From an uncultured delta proteobacterium (GTDB lineage: Bacteria > Desulfobacterota > Binatia > UBA9968), in the NCBI GenBank assembly GCA_963804165.1, contig CAWDPO010000011.1, positions 64,001 to 128,000 of the forward strand: a stretch of DNA of 64,000 bases, read 5' to 3'. Numbering within the stretch: position 1 is the first letter of the stretch; each line of letters opens with the position of its first letter. Made by a program: the position numbers and the translations under genes. A model generated the notes under the pieces. It was given only the letters and a program-made list of their open reading frames with translations. It searched no databases and was not told where the DNA came from. Shown here piece by piece: positions 18,728-29,400 of this stretch.

Positions 18728-19802
18728 ATGAGTCGAATCGTTCAATATATTTTCGGGTGCTTTACTTTTTTGATTTTCCTCTTTACGGGCGTGTCGCCGT
18801 CGGTTTTCGCAGCGACCATCGCCGAAGTCGCGGCCAAAGTAAAATCGCTCAAGCCGCAAGAACAGACTCAACTATCTTTTCAAGGGCGCGCAGGCCGAAG
18901 GAGAATTGGTTTACTACGGCACGCTGCCGATCGACGAGTTTTTGCCGCTCGCGCGCGTTTTCAACTCTCGCTATCGGTCGATTGCGCTGCAGCATTACTT
19001 TTCACCGCGCGATGGCATACTCAGCCGCACTTTGACCGAGGCGCGGGCGGGACGCCACGCGGTCGATGTGATTCAGGTCGACCTGAGTTACGGTTATCAA
19101 TTGCTGACCGCCAATCTGGTACAGCCCTATGCGGTCCCCGGTGCGAAACGTTTTTACGAGGGCACTTACGATCCGGAGGGTTACTGGCACAGCATGTACT
19201 ATTTGACCACAGCGCTGATTTACAACACCAACGCCGTCAAGCCGGAACAGGCGCCGAAAAGCTATGACGAGCTACTTAGCTCCGCTTGGAAAGGCAAGAT
19301 GCTATTCGATCCGGAGGCGGGCTATATTCTGGCGGCTCTGGAAGAAAGCTGGGGGCGAGAAAAGGCAGTCGCTTACTTGTCGAAGCTTGCCAAACAAGAC
19401 TTGAGCTATCGACGCGGCGGCACACTGACGACACAAGTGGTGACCTCGGGCGAATATCCTCTCGGCATCGCGATCAACGGTGAAACTTCGGCGGCGATTC
19501 GCGAGAAGGGAGCTCCGCTGGGATTCAAAGTGCTGGCACCGACCATCGTCAAACCTGAAGGGCTGTTCTCGGCGAAGAACGCGCCCCATCCGCACGCCGC
19601 TTTGCTCTTTGTCGATTGGGTGCTCTCGGATGAAGCTCAGTCTTTTCTGGCGACGACGTTGGGCAAAGGCAGCGCGATGAAAGGGGTGCGCAGCAAGTTT
19701 AAGGATTTTCAAGTCAAGCCGGACTTCGTCGTGAGCCCCAAGCTCGGCGCCAATCTGCAAAACTATATTCAGGACTTCCGCAAGATTATGGGGGCGCCTT
19801 AA
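18728..19802 (+). CDS. ABC extracellular solute-binding protein (Fe3+/thiamine-type); frameshift at ~18862
   Basis: Signal peptide; GAQAEGELVYY, YNTNAV..PKSYDELL..WKGK and APHPHAALLFVDW motifs. Confidence 0.85.
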
Positions 19803-19810
19803 TTTATCGG

Positions 19811-19924
19811 ATTCAAATAGTTCAAGCCGTTCAAAACGTTCCAACCCCCTTCTTCATCCTCCCCCGCGTCGCGGGGGAGGAAAGAGGTGGGGGAGTTGAA
19901 CTTCTGAACGATTGGAACTTTGAA
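19811..19924. repeat. GTTCAA 9-mer array + REP hairpin + inverted TTGAAC array
   Basis: ATTCAAATA GTTCAAGCC GTTCAAAAC GTTCCAACC, then CCTCCCCCGCG-TCGCGGGGGAGG hairpin, then GTTGAAC TTCTGAAC GATTGGAAC TTTGAA. Confidence 0.75.
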
Positions 19925-19932
19925 AAGGGATC

Positions 19933-21240
19933 ATGAAACTCGAATTAGCTGAATTTCCGGTAAGCAAAATTCGTCTGGGGCATCGTTTCCGCTACGACAA
20001 CGAAATCCTCGATGTCGACGAGGACGGGTTGATCGCCCTGGTGCTCGAGGATTCGCGAATCACGAATGCGACGCTCGCCGTGGCGGCGCCGGGTGAAAAG
20101 ACGCGCATCACCGGGATACGAGATATCGTCGAGCCGAGATGCAAAGTATCGGGCAGCGGGCAGGTTTTCCCCGGCATATTGGGTCCCGTCGAGAATGTCG
20201 GCGATGGACGAACCCATCGTCTTTCGGGCATGACCGTCATTGCCGCTGCGGAGTACGAAGGCACGATCCGGGCGGGAACGACAGTACAGCGAAGCGCGAT
20301 CCTCGACATGTCGGGGCCCGGCGCGGAAGTTTCCCGGTTCAGCTCGTACTTGCATTTGGTGTTGAGCTTTAAAATCGCTCCGGGCCTCGGTGAACTGGAC
20401 GCCCACAGCGCGATTCAATTAGCTGAGTATAAAGTCGCCCAGCGGCTGGCCCAGGGCACCGAAGGATTGTCGCCGGGAAGGATTGTCGTCTACGATCTCA
20501 GCGGGAAAGATCCGCAGCTCCCCAATGTGATGCTGATACAAGGGTGCATCACCGATCCGCAGCATGTTCATTCGGGCATCGGTTACTATGGGCTCTCGCT
20601 GCGCAATTCCATGGCCACGTTTGTCCATCCCAACGAGCTTTTTGACGGCGCGGTAACGGTGGATACGACGCGCTCGGGACGCGGCTACTATCCGACGACT
20701 TGGGACTGGCAGAACCATCCGTTGATTCTGGAGTTGTATGCGGCGCATGGCAAAAGCTTGAACTTCGGCGGGGTCATCATGCAGCGCATTCGCTTCGAGA
20801 CCCATCACGGCAAAGAAGTCGGCGCGCAGAACGCGGCGCGCTTGGCCAAAGCCATGGGCGCTGACGGCGCGCTGGTGACCTGGATCGGCGGCGGCAATGC
20901 ATTTGTCGACGTGATGCTGACCGTGCGCGCCTGCGAGCGCAACGGCATCAAAACGACGCTGGTGACCTATGAAAACGGCGGCAAGGAAGGCAAAGATAGC
21001 CCGGTGCTGTTCTATCTTCCCCAGGCCGACGCGGTGGTGAGCACGGGCAGTCTCGATAAAACGTTGGAATTACCGGCGATGGACCGAGTGGTCGGTCCCT
21101 ATGAACGGATCAAAATTTTTCCTTATCCCGGCGCCGCGACAGTGCCCGCAAGTGATGCGTTGTCGCTGGAAGCGCGAGACGTCATGATGGGCGGCGCGGA
21201 TATCTGGGGACAAGGACAATTTAGATGCGCGGAGTACTAA
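19933..21240 (+). CDS. Glycine/sarcosine/betaine reductase protein B proprotein subunit (GrdE/G/I family)
   Basis: MKLEL.., PGEKTRI..DIVEPR.K, IDMSGPGA-like, HPNELFDGA, ADAVVSTG and LPAMDRVVG motifs; directly upstream of grdB. Confidence 0.88.
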   Translation: MKLELAEFPVSKIRLGHRFRYDNEILDVDEDGLIALVLEDSRITNATLAVAAPGEKTRITGIRDIVEPRCKVSGSGQVFPGILGPVENVGDGRTHRLSGMTVIAAAEYEGTIRAGTTVQRSAILDMSGPGAEVSRFSSYLHLVLSFKIAPGLGELDAHSAIQLAEYKVAQRLAQGTEGLSPGRIVVYDLSGKDPQLPNVMLIQGCITDPQHVHSGIGYYGLSLRNSMATFVHPNELFDGAVTVDTTRSGRGYYPTTWDWQNHPLILELYAAHGKSLNFGGVIMQRIRFETHHGKEVGAQNAARLAKAMGADGALVTWIGGGNAFVDVMLTVRACERNGIKTTLVTYENGGKEGKDSPVLFYLPQADAVVSTGSLDKTLELPAMDRVVGPYERIKIFPYPGAATVPASDALSLEARDVMMGGADIWGQGQFRCAEY

Positions 21241-21250
21241 TTTTATAGGT

Positions 21251-21330
21251 GTTCAAAACGTTCAAGCCGTTCAAGCGCTTCGCTCCGTTCAAGACGTTTT
21301 GAACGAATTGAACGGCTTGAACGTTTGAAC
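21251..21330. repeat. Palindromic GTTCAA 9-mer tandem array between the GrdE-like gene and grdB
   Basis: GTTCAAAAC GTTCAAGCC GTTCAAGCG CTTCGCTCC GTTCAAGAC, then GTTTTGAAC GAATTGAAC GGCTTGAAC GTTTGAAC. Confidence 0.8.
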
Positions 21331-21345
21331 GCAGGAGTTTAATCC

Positions 21346-22686
21346 ATGATCAAGATCGCTCATGTCGTCAATCAATTTTTTGCCGGCCTCGGCGGTGAAG
21401 AAAAAGCCGATCTGCCCGTGGGCGTGCTCGAAGGCAGCGCCGGCGCCGCGCGGGCTTTGGAGTTGAAGCTCAACGGAGAAGCAGAGATCGCTTGCACGAT
21501 TTATGTCGGCGACAATTACTTCCATGAGCACAAGGACGAAGCGATTCCGGCGATATTGAATGCAGTGCGGGCAGCGGATCTGCAGATTGTTGTTGCTGGG
21601 CCGGCTTTCAATTCCGGGCGGTACGGTATGACTTGCGTCGAGGTCTGCAATGCGGTTGCCAACGAACTGGCAATTCCTTGCGTGACCGCCATGCACGAAG
21701 AGAATCCGGGCGTCGATGCGTATCGCGAGTTCAGCAATGCTCGGTTGTATTGCTTGCCGACGGCGGAGACGATAGCGGGAATGAATGATGCGCTGACGCG
21801 CTTGGCCGTGTTTGCGATTCGTCTCGCGTGCGCTGAGCAAATCGGTTCGGCAAGCAAGGAAGGCTACATTGGCCGCGGTATTCGACGCATCGAGAAAATC
21901 GATCAGCGTGGCGCGACACGCGCCCTCGACATGCTGCTCAAAAAACTAAAAGACCAGCCGTTTGAAAGCGAACTGCCGATGGAAGTTTGGGATGATGCCG
22001 TGGCTGCGGCGCCGCTGGCGCGGGTCAAGGACAGCAATATCGCCGTGGTGACAACGAGCGGCGTTGTCCCGTTCGGCAATCCGGATAAATTCAAGACCTA
22101 CCGCAATACCTACTGGCGCAAATACAATATCGCCGAGCTCAAAGAGCTCGAAGCGGGAAAATGGGAGGCGGTTCATGGCGGCTACAACGTCGCTTATATG
22201 AATCAGAACCCGCACTACGGCGTACCGCTCGACGCACTGCGCGCGCTGGAAGCGGAAGGAGCGATCGGCGCGGGTAAACTTTATCCCGCCTATTATGTCA
22301 TCCCGGGAAACCAGGGTTCGCCCACGGTCATGCGCCGCATGGGTCAAGAAATTGCCGCGGACTTGAAAAGAGACGGCGTCGAAGGAGTTCTTTTTGTCGC
22401 CACGTGAGGGACCTGCAGTCGCAGCGGCGCTGTGATGAGCAAGGAACTTGAGAGGGCGGGATTGCCGGTGGCGTTAATCAGCGCGATGTTTCCCGTGGCG
22501 CAGCAGGTGCGCGCCAACCGCATCATCAAAGGCGTCAGTATCCCACATCCATGCGGTGATCCGAATTTGTCCAAAGAGCTAGATGCGCGCCTGCGCAAAG
22601 AAATTATCCAAACCGCGCTTAAAGCTCTCGAATCAAAGGTTGAAGGGCCGACAGTGTTTTCTCCGCCAGTGGCTATAGGCGGGTAA
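21346..22686 (+). CDS. grdB: Glycine/sarcosine/betaine reductase selenoprotein B; Sec at TGA 22405-22407
   Basis: NQFFAGLGGEEKA, GPAFNSGRYG and VTTSGVVP motifs; in-frame ACG TGA GGG ACC TGC = T-U-G-T-C, continuing to KELERAGLP..IPHPCGDP. Confidence 0.93.
22419..22435 (+). promoter_or_regulatory. Bacterial SECIS-like hairpin
   Basis: TCGCAGC-GGC-GCTGTGA stem-loop starting 11 nt after the UGA, with G at the start of the loop. Confidence 0.7.
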
Positions 22687-22947
22687 AATAATTGGCGGTT
22701 TTAATCCGTATGGGAAAATCCGATCAGCAGAACGGCGAGTTGGATCGAACAAGTTATTGCGGATTTGCAGAATCAGAGTGAAGTCATGCCGGCGTTTCGG
22801 CGATGAGGCAGATGGCCGAGTGCGCAGCTGCAGATGATCCTTTGTTTCACCAAAGTCGACGTGCCGTTTAATGCCGTTGACGACAACTTGGGTGGTCTGT
22901 TATGTCGGATTTCGATAACGCAGGCGTTCTAACAGAAGGGAGAAGTT

Positions 22948-23751
22948 ATGTCGGCTAAAATTAGACATCTCGCTCTGTATACCGAGAATCAAGAAGGAAT
23001 GGCGAATTTCTACAAAACCGTATTCGGCATGAAACGAATCACAGAGAGCTTTAACCAACCCAATCACGGGCATATCAGCGATGGCGTGATCGGTCTCGCG
23101 GTTTTGCGAAGGCGCCCCGGTTTTCACTCCGCCCTGGATCACTTCGGCTTCGAGGTGGACGACGTCGGCGTCATTCTTGAAAAACTCAAGGAGAAATATC
23201 CAAAAGTTTTGGTCACCAAAGGTCTGGAGCAAGTTGCCTTTGCGGTCTTCAGAAGTCATGATCCGGCGGGAACGCAATTCGATATTTCATGGAAGCAACA
23301 TCCGAAAGTGCAGGAAGGCTACAAGAGCGACGGCTGGAAGCAGCCGCGGCAGATCAATCATATCGCGATGCGATCTGCGGAGCCTGAACGCGTTGCCGAA
23401 TTTTATCATGAGGTATTCGATCTCAAGGAAGGGAAAAATTTCTACGATGAAGACGCGCTCAGCGTGACCGACGGCACGGTCGATCTCGTGATCCGACGCA
23501 CGAGCAATCACTCCTATATGAGCATGCGGGAAGGCATCGACCACTTCGGCTACGCAGTGGAGAGCATCGAAGAGGTCAAGAAAGACCTCGATGAATTCGG
23601 CCGCGCCAATCCCGGCTCCGCGCCGAAAGAATTAGCCGGTGGCGTATTCGGACATATCACACAAGAAGACATCGACGGCTGCAAGATCGGCGAATACGCA
23701 ATCGCCGACCCGGACGGCCTGCTCTTGGATCTTTCGACGCGTCCCGCGTAG
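22948..23751 (+). CDS. Two-domain VOC (glyoxalase/extradiol dioxygenase fold) protein
   Basis: KIRHLAL..FYKTVFGM, LDHFGFEVDD, INHIAM, IDHFGY and DPDG motifs. Confidence 0.88.
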   Translation: MSAKIRHLALYTENQEGMANFYKTVFGMKRITESFNQPNHGHISDGVIGLAVLRRRPGFHSALDHFGFEVDDVGVILEKLKEKYPKVLVTKGLEQVAFAVFRSHDPAGTQFDISWKQHPKVQEGYKSDGWKQPRQINHIAMRSAEPERVAEFYHEVFDLKEGKNFYDEDALSVTDGTVDLVIRRTSNHSYMSMREGIDHFGYAVESIEEVKKDLDEFGRANPGSAPKELAGGVFGHITQEDIDGCKIGEYAIADPDGLLLDLSTRPA

Positions 23752-23830
23752 TCTAAACTGGACCGTGCGCACAGCACGGTCCAATTGGAACGGATCGAGC
23801 CTTTAGAATTGCATCGAAACGGCGGCACCC

Positions 23831-24793
23831 ATGCGCAACGCCAAACATATTATCTGTTGCTTCATCGTGGTTGTTGTTTTTCTTGGCAACCACGACGGCG
23901 GCCTCGCCCAAACGTTGACACCTATCCACATTGGCGTTTCAACCAACTCAGCAACTTGGTTTCCACTCTATGTAGCATGGAAGAAAGGGCTGTTCCGCGA
24001 GCAGGGTCTCGAGTTGTTGCCCGTCTATATGCAAGCGCGCACGTCTCTGGCGGCTCTGGCGTCAAAGCAGATCGGCTACATAACCCAGACGGGCTCTTCA
24101 CTCACGGCGATCGCGCGTGGCTTGCCGGCGCGACTCGTTATGGTATTTACCGACAAAACTCATCATGTTCTGGTCGTCAAACCTGAGATAACTTCTCCGG
24201 CGCAGCTACGCGGCCGCGTGGTGGCCATCAGCCAGCCAGGAGGGACAATCCATCGCGAATTGCTGATGATCCTGGAGAAGTTCAAAATTGATCCGAACGA
24301 AGTAAGGACTGCCAGTTTAGGAGACGCGCGAACCAGCCTGGCGGGCCTCAAGGCGGGCAATGTCGACGGCGCGATGTTGATGACTCCTCTTGAATTGTAC
24401 CTCGAGAAGGATGGCTTCAGGCCGCTGGTATATCTCAAAGACATTTTGGAATTCCCTCTCCTCGGTATTATCGTTAACAACGACTTGCTCCGCGAAAAAC
24501 CCGATCAAGTAAAGAGAGTTCTTGCCGGCGCTCTCAAGGGAATTGCCTTTACTAAATCGCGTCGGGACGAGGTGGTTCCGCTGCTGAAAGATTTCATTGG
24601 CCTAGAGAGTCTAGAGATGGCGCAAAAGGCCTATGACAGATTGAGAGACATCTGGCCTGACAACGGACTGCCAACCGAGAAGGGCCTAAGAAACGTTGCG
24701 AGCATGGCGGAAGTTCCTTCTGGCGTCCCTATGGAAAAAATCGTCGACTGGTCGCTTATCAAAGAAATATCGTCATCCCCCAAAGCAAAATAG
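23831..24793 (+). CDS. NitT/TauT (SsuA/THI5-like) ABC substrate-binding protein
   Basis: Signal peptide; YVAWKKGLFREQGL and LRGRVVAISQPGG motifs. Confidence 0.88.
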   Translation: MRNAKHIICCFIVVVVFLGNHDGGLAQTLTPIHIGVSTNSATWFPLYVAWKKGLFREQGLELLPVYMQARTSLAALASKQIGYITQTGSSLTAIARGLPARLVMVFTDKTHHVLVVKPEITSPAQLRGRVVAISQPGGTIHRELLMILEKFKIDPNEVRTASLGDARTSLAGLKAGNVDGAMLMTPLELYLEKDGFRPLVYLKDILEFPLLGIIVNNDLLREKPDQVKRVLAGALKGIAFTKSRRDEVVPLLKDFIGLESLEMAQKAYDRLRDIWPDNGLPTEKGLRNVASMAEVPSGVPMEKIVDWSLIKEISSSPKAK

Positions 24794-24973
24794 CGCGAGC
24801 CGCATCAATGGTGGTTTGATCCCACAGTTGTCTTTTGTAATTCCAAAAATCCAATCGACGTTCGGCAAGAGTGACCCCTTAAAGGGTCGAGCCTGCAGCG
24901 GAATGCCTTCGATCTAGAATCGCTGGCATAAGAGCCGGCTTGAATTTCGCGGCGGGAGTGTTAATTCCCAGGG

Positions 24974-25825
24974 ATGCATTATAAAGCCGGACTCATCGCA
25001 CTATCCCTGCTGTTTCTGTCTGCTTGCAACAGCGTTCGAGTAGTTCCCCATGAGCAGGTAGGCGCGCTCGAAGCTGAGCAAACCGTTCGTTTCTTTTACC
25101 CGAGCGCGCGGGCAAACATCGAAGCTTATGTCACCCGGCCGCGCGGCGCGGGTCCGTTTCCTTTGGTCATTCTGCTCCATGGTCATAGCATCAGAGGTCG
25201 AGGCGCCGAACAGGTTCTGTCAACCGCGGAAGCTCTTGCAAGTGAGCTTTGTTTCGCGAGCGTGGCGATCTCGCTGCCGGGTTACGGTTCGACGGAAGTC
25301 GCCGAGGGATCGGTGGAGGAAATCACTCGCCAGGCTGTGAAAGACGGTCTCGCGTTCGCCAAGCAACTCAGTTGGGTCGATAAACGTCGCTTATTTTTTT
25401 ACGGAGTTTCGCGCGGGGCGATTGTCGCAGCCGCGATGTTAAACGATCTGGAAGACGTGAGCGGGGCGGTACTTTACTCCGGCGCGTATGATCTCGACAA
25501 GCTCTACCGGGAGACGCCGAGCTTCTGGGTGCGGCAGATACTCAACCCGAACCATGACGCCAATCCCAAGCTGTTCAGCCTTCTTGGTCAGGGATCGAGA
25601 TGGCGCGCGCCAACGCTAATCCTCCATGGCGAGCAGGATAAGTTAATACCTGTGAGCCAAGCCTTTGCGCTGCGGGATTGGCTCGACGCGGGCGGAACCG
25701 ATCACCGCCTCGTCCTGTACCCGGATCACGGCCATTTCCTGCCGAGGGCAAATGTTAGAGAACGAACCCTAGGTTTCCTTAAAGAAATTACCGCTTCGGC
25801 ATGCCCTGCTGTCAGAAATCCGTAG
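24974..25825 (+). CDS. Lipoprotein alpha/beta hydrolase (S9-like)
   Basis: Lipobox LSAC; GVSRG nucleophile, ILHGEQD and HGH motifs. Confidence 0.85.
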   Translation: MHYKAGLIALSLLFLSACNSVRVVPHEQVGALEAEQTVRFFYPSARANIEAYVTRPRGAGPFPLVILLHGHSIRGRGAEQVLSTAEALASELCFASVAISLPGYGSTEVAEGSVEEITRQAVKDGLAFAKQLSWVDKRRLFFYGVSRGAIVAAAMLNDLEDVSGAVLYSGAYDLDKLYRETPSFWVRQILNPNHDANPKLFSLLGQGSRWRAPTLILHGEQDKLIPVSQAFALRDWLDAGGTDHRLVLYPDHGHFLPRANVRERTLGFLKEITASACPAVRNP

Positions 25826-25869
25826 TTGCTCGGACGCTCGTTGGTCGCTGGTATACTTCACGCCGTGCG

Positions 25870-26025
25870 GTTCCCGCATTCCTCCCTTTGCAAAGGGAGC
25901 CAGGAGGGATTTTTAGAGTTCCACAGAGGGATCAAATTCCCCTTGATTCCCTTTTGAAAAAAAGGAGGACGCCAGCCATTATCTGTGGCAGAATTCTCCA
26001 GCCAACTTTCAGGTCAGGACACTGG
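25870..26025. repeat. REP-hairpin/MITE copy related to 14273-14479
   Basis: CTCCCTTTGCAAAGGGAG and CCCTTTTGAAAAAAAGG hairpins; end CAGGACACTGG is the reverse complement of the 14273 end. Confidence 0.55.
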
Positions 26026-26106
26026 CCTAGCGTCTCTGAATAGCGTCCGCGCATTGTTTGAGCATTAGTTTGCCCTGGCGAATGGACTAATCGAGCTGAC
26101 TTAAGA

Positions 26107-28004
26107 TCAAGTTCCGATCACGTCGGCTTTGGTTATCGCTACGACGCTCGGTTTGGGGAAATCGCCATCGGGCCACCGGCTCGTGAGAGCAGCGGCATCG
26201 AGGCTCTTACTGCCTTCGCCCGGATGTTGAATGGCCGCGAACAGCGAGCGGTCATCCGGCGTCATCGCGAGACTCGCGACTTCGGCGCCAACGACACCGC
26301 TCAGGAATTGCCGGACGTAGCCGCGGTCCGGACCCTGCACCGGCACCGCATAGATGCCGTCGTTTTTCTTCAAAGAACCCGGCTGGCCGTCGGTGGCGAT
26401 CCAGAGATTCCCCTTGCGATCGAAGACGATGTTGTCGGGGCAGGAAAGCGCGCTCACTTTGGTCTTGTCGCAGCCGGCGAAGTAGCTGTTGTGTTCGTCC
26501 TTCGCCGGGTCACCGCAGCGCATAAAAATGTCCCATTTGAATTCCCTTGCGGTGTGATTGTTATTCTCTTCGGTGATTTCGATGAGGTGACCGTGGGCAT
26601 TTTTCGCCACCGCGTTCGCCGGATCGGTACCGGGCTGTCCCGCGGTTCCGCGCAGACTGTTATTCGTACACACAACGAAGACTTTTCCTGTGACAGGATT
26701 CGCTTCGATGTCCTCGGGCCGGTCCATTTTGGTCGCGCCGACAAGGTCGGCGGCGCCGCGCGTGTTGATCAACACATGGCCGGTGTCCAATCTGCCAATG
26801 GGCCTTGTCCGGCCGAGAGCGGAATCCATCGACCCACGCCGTTGCCGGAGTCGTCTACGTCAAACTTGGCGACGTACAACGTGCCTTCGTCGAGTAACGA
26901 AAGGTTGTCCTCGCGTCGCTGGCTCATGCGCTTCTGGCTGATAAATTTATAAACGTAATCGAAGCGCTCGTCGTCGCCGGTGTACACGACGACCCGTCGG
27001 TCGGGCGCGACGACGACCGTCGCCGCCTCGTGTTTGAGCCGTCCCAGTGCCGTGCGTTTGCGCGGCGTAAACTTCGGATTAAAGGGATCGATTTCGACGA
27101 CCCAGCCGAAGCGGAAGGGTTCATTCGGGTCTTTGGCAAGATCGAAGCGAGAGTGAAAGGTTTCCCAGCGCCGCTCGCTGTTGCCCGCTGGAAGACCGTA
27201 ACGTGCGTGAACGGCTTTGCGCGGGTCGGAATCCGGCAAACTGTTGCGATTGGCGAAGTACTGATTGAAATTCTCCTCCGCGGTCAAAAGCGTACCCCAG
27301 GGTGTCACGCCACCGCCGCAATTGTTCAGCGTGCCGCGAACTTTCTTTCCGGTCGAATCGTAGGTCGATTTAAGCAGCGCGTGCCCGGCGGCCGCACCAT
27401 GAATCGTCATCTCACTTTCGCCGGTGAGTCGGCGGTTATAGCGCGAGTTGCGCACCCATTGCCATTTTCCGCCGATGAATTCAACTTCGACGAACGCCAA
27501 ACCGTGCGCGGCGAGCTGAACGTCCACTTGGTTCTTCGTCGGCGACTTGGAATTGTAGTCGGCGAACATCAATTCCGGGTTGGTGTATTCGTGATTCGCC
27601 GCGAGAATACCGCGCTTTGCCGAATTCGCAGAGCCCAACGGAAAGAAATGCACGAAGTCGCAATTGTAACCGAACTGCACTGCCTGCGCGGCCGCGGATT
27701 GATTATTGATATCGAATGCCGGCGCGCCGGGCATGATCGGATCGCCCCAGCGGAGCAAGACATCGGCGCTATAACCCGGCGGCACGCGGACTTGGTCTTC
27801 ATTGTTTAGACCTATCGGTTGGAAGCGGATTTGGTCGATCTCGGCGGCGGCGCCGGTTCGTGCATCGAAAACTGAGGCGGATAATCCTGCTACGGATACC
27901 GCCAGCGCGCCCTTGAGGAATGTCCGGCGCGCTATTTTGCGATCGACGATTTCGTGAAAGGTGTCGTTTCCATTTTTACACGTTCCTTCAGTGCTCATGG
28001 GCAT
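26107..28004 (-). CDS. phoX: PhoX family alkaline phosphatase (Tat-exported); frameshift at ~26775
   Basis: RRTFLK Tat motif; FGYNCD, NHEY, NCGGGVTPWGT..EEN, ALGRLKHE, MDRPED, PDN and IQHPGE motifs. Confidence 0.93.
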
Positions 28005-28050
28005 CTCCTTTGATCAGAAGTGTCTTAGCCCATCAGCCTGCGCGAGCTGT

Positions 28051-28111
28051 GTTGTGCTGGGATTACGCGACGGTTAGCCGACCGTGAACCTTCGATTACA
28101 AAAAGATGAAC
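28051..28111 (-). promoter_or_regulatory. Six-unit Pho-box-like array upstream of phoX
   Basis: Minus strand GTTCAT, TGTAAT, GTTCAC, GCTAAC, CGTAAT, CACAAC at exact 11-bp period. Confidence 0.72.
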
Positions 28112-28275
28112 AATGGGTTTGCGGCGAATTGTTGCTCTGGTCGGAAGAAGGGTTTACACGATCGTTGTCGATCCGGAGCGGCGGTTGGAAACGAAATTCA
28201 GCGATTTTTAACGCGGTAGGATATTTCTAAGTACGGCTCGAGAATGATTCTCGTACAGGGTGAGAAGTCCGCTGA

Positions 28276-29400
28276 TCACTTTCCGCCGAACAACCGTTTG
28301 AACGTGGAGCCGACGCCTTCGACCACGCCGCCGGCGCCCTCTGCGCCTTTGCGGCCGAGCGTGCCCAGTCCTTCGGCGACGCTCCTGATGCTTACCCCGA
28401 GTTGGTTGGCCATGGACATGGCGATGCGAGTGGATAGATTCTCGTTGAGCGAGAAGCTCGGATTACGGGTGTCGCCTTTGAGCGTAAAGTCGACGTCGAT
28501 GGCGTTGTGATTATCCTTGAGAAAATTGATCACCGCATCGCGCGGCAGCCCCATGAAGGTATCGAAGTATCCGCCGGAGCGCGCCAGCTCCAAGTCTTGG
28601 AGAACGACTTTGCCTTTGCCGTCCAAATTATTGTTGCGCACCTCGGAGGCGAGATCTAAATCGAGAGCTCCCCTGGTGACCCGAGCCTCGTTCTTTTTGA
28701 TGAGATAGGGCTGGAGCGCCACTAGATCGACCGCTTCCAGTACAACGCGCGACGACGAGTCCCTGGCGCCCGGACCGACCCAACCGCTCAGCTTGACGCG
28801 GCCGTCGCGCTTCACTCCCTTTACAATGTCCGCAATCTCGAAACGAGTTTTCTCGGCGGCCGGCACTGCTACATCGCGAATCATCGCCTCGATCTCTTCC
28901 ATCCTGACTCTCAGCGGCGGCCGGCTCACGGTTGCATCATAGAGATCCAAGCTCCCCCCTTTGAGCTCGATGGTCGAGATTTTCAGGGCGCGAGCGGCGC
29001 CTGATTCTGATGCGGCGGCCTGAGCTTGTTTTTCTTTTTCCGTCAGGCTGGGAACTATGATCAATTTTCCTGGATTGCGCAGCATCGATATATACGGCTT
29101 GTCGACGACGATGGAAGCGATGCGAATTTGATCGGAAAAAAGGGTGCGCAGATCGGGCACGATCGTTATGCGCTCCGCTTCTAAAGTGCGGGCCGTCGAC
29201 CAGGCTTTGGGCGCGTCGATGCTAAGCCCCAATAGCTCGATCGAAAACCAGTTGACCTTGAGCTCGGTCAAACGGCTGCCGGGGCCGAGTGCATCGACCA
29301 CTCTCGCTTGCAGGATCCGCACCCCCATGCGGTATCCGGCGACCACGGCGATGCCCAAGAGAACCACCGCGGCGACAGCGATGACTTGCCAGCGCTTCAT
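28276..29400 (-). CDS. DUF748/AsmA-like envelope protein
   Basis: N-terminal TM anchor; DLVALQPY..GALDLD and IDVDFTLKGD..PSFS motifs. Confidence 0.8.
   Translation of the reverse strand: MKRWQVIAVAAVVLLGIAVVAGYRMGVRILQARVVDALGPGSRLTELKVNWFSIELLGLSIDAPKAWSTARTLEAERITIVPDLRTLFSDQIRIASIVVDKPYISMLRNPGKLIIVPSLTEKEKQAQAAASESGAARALKISTIELKGGSLDLYDATVSRPPLRVRMEEIEAMIRDVAVPAAEKTRFEIADIVKGVKRDGRVKLSGWVGPGARDSSSRVVLEAVDLVALQPYLIKKNEARVTRGALDLDLASEVRNNNLDGKGKVVLQDLELARSGGYFDTFMGLPRDAVINFLKDNHNAIDVDFTLKGDTRNPSFSLNENLSTRIAMSMANQLGVSIRSVAEGLGTLGRKGAEGAGGVVEGVGSTFKRLFGGK

Noticed and set aside
21251-21330. GTTCAA arrays as a CRISPR array
   Set aside because: The period is only 7-9 nt, there are no unique spacers and there are no cas genes.
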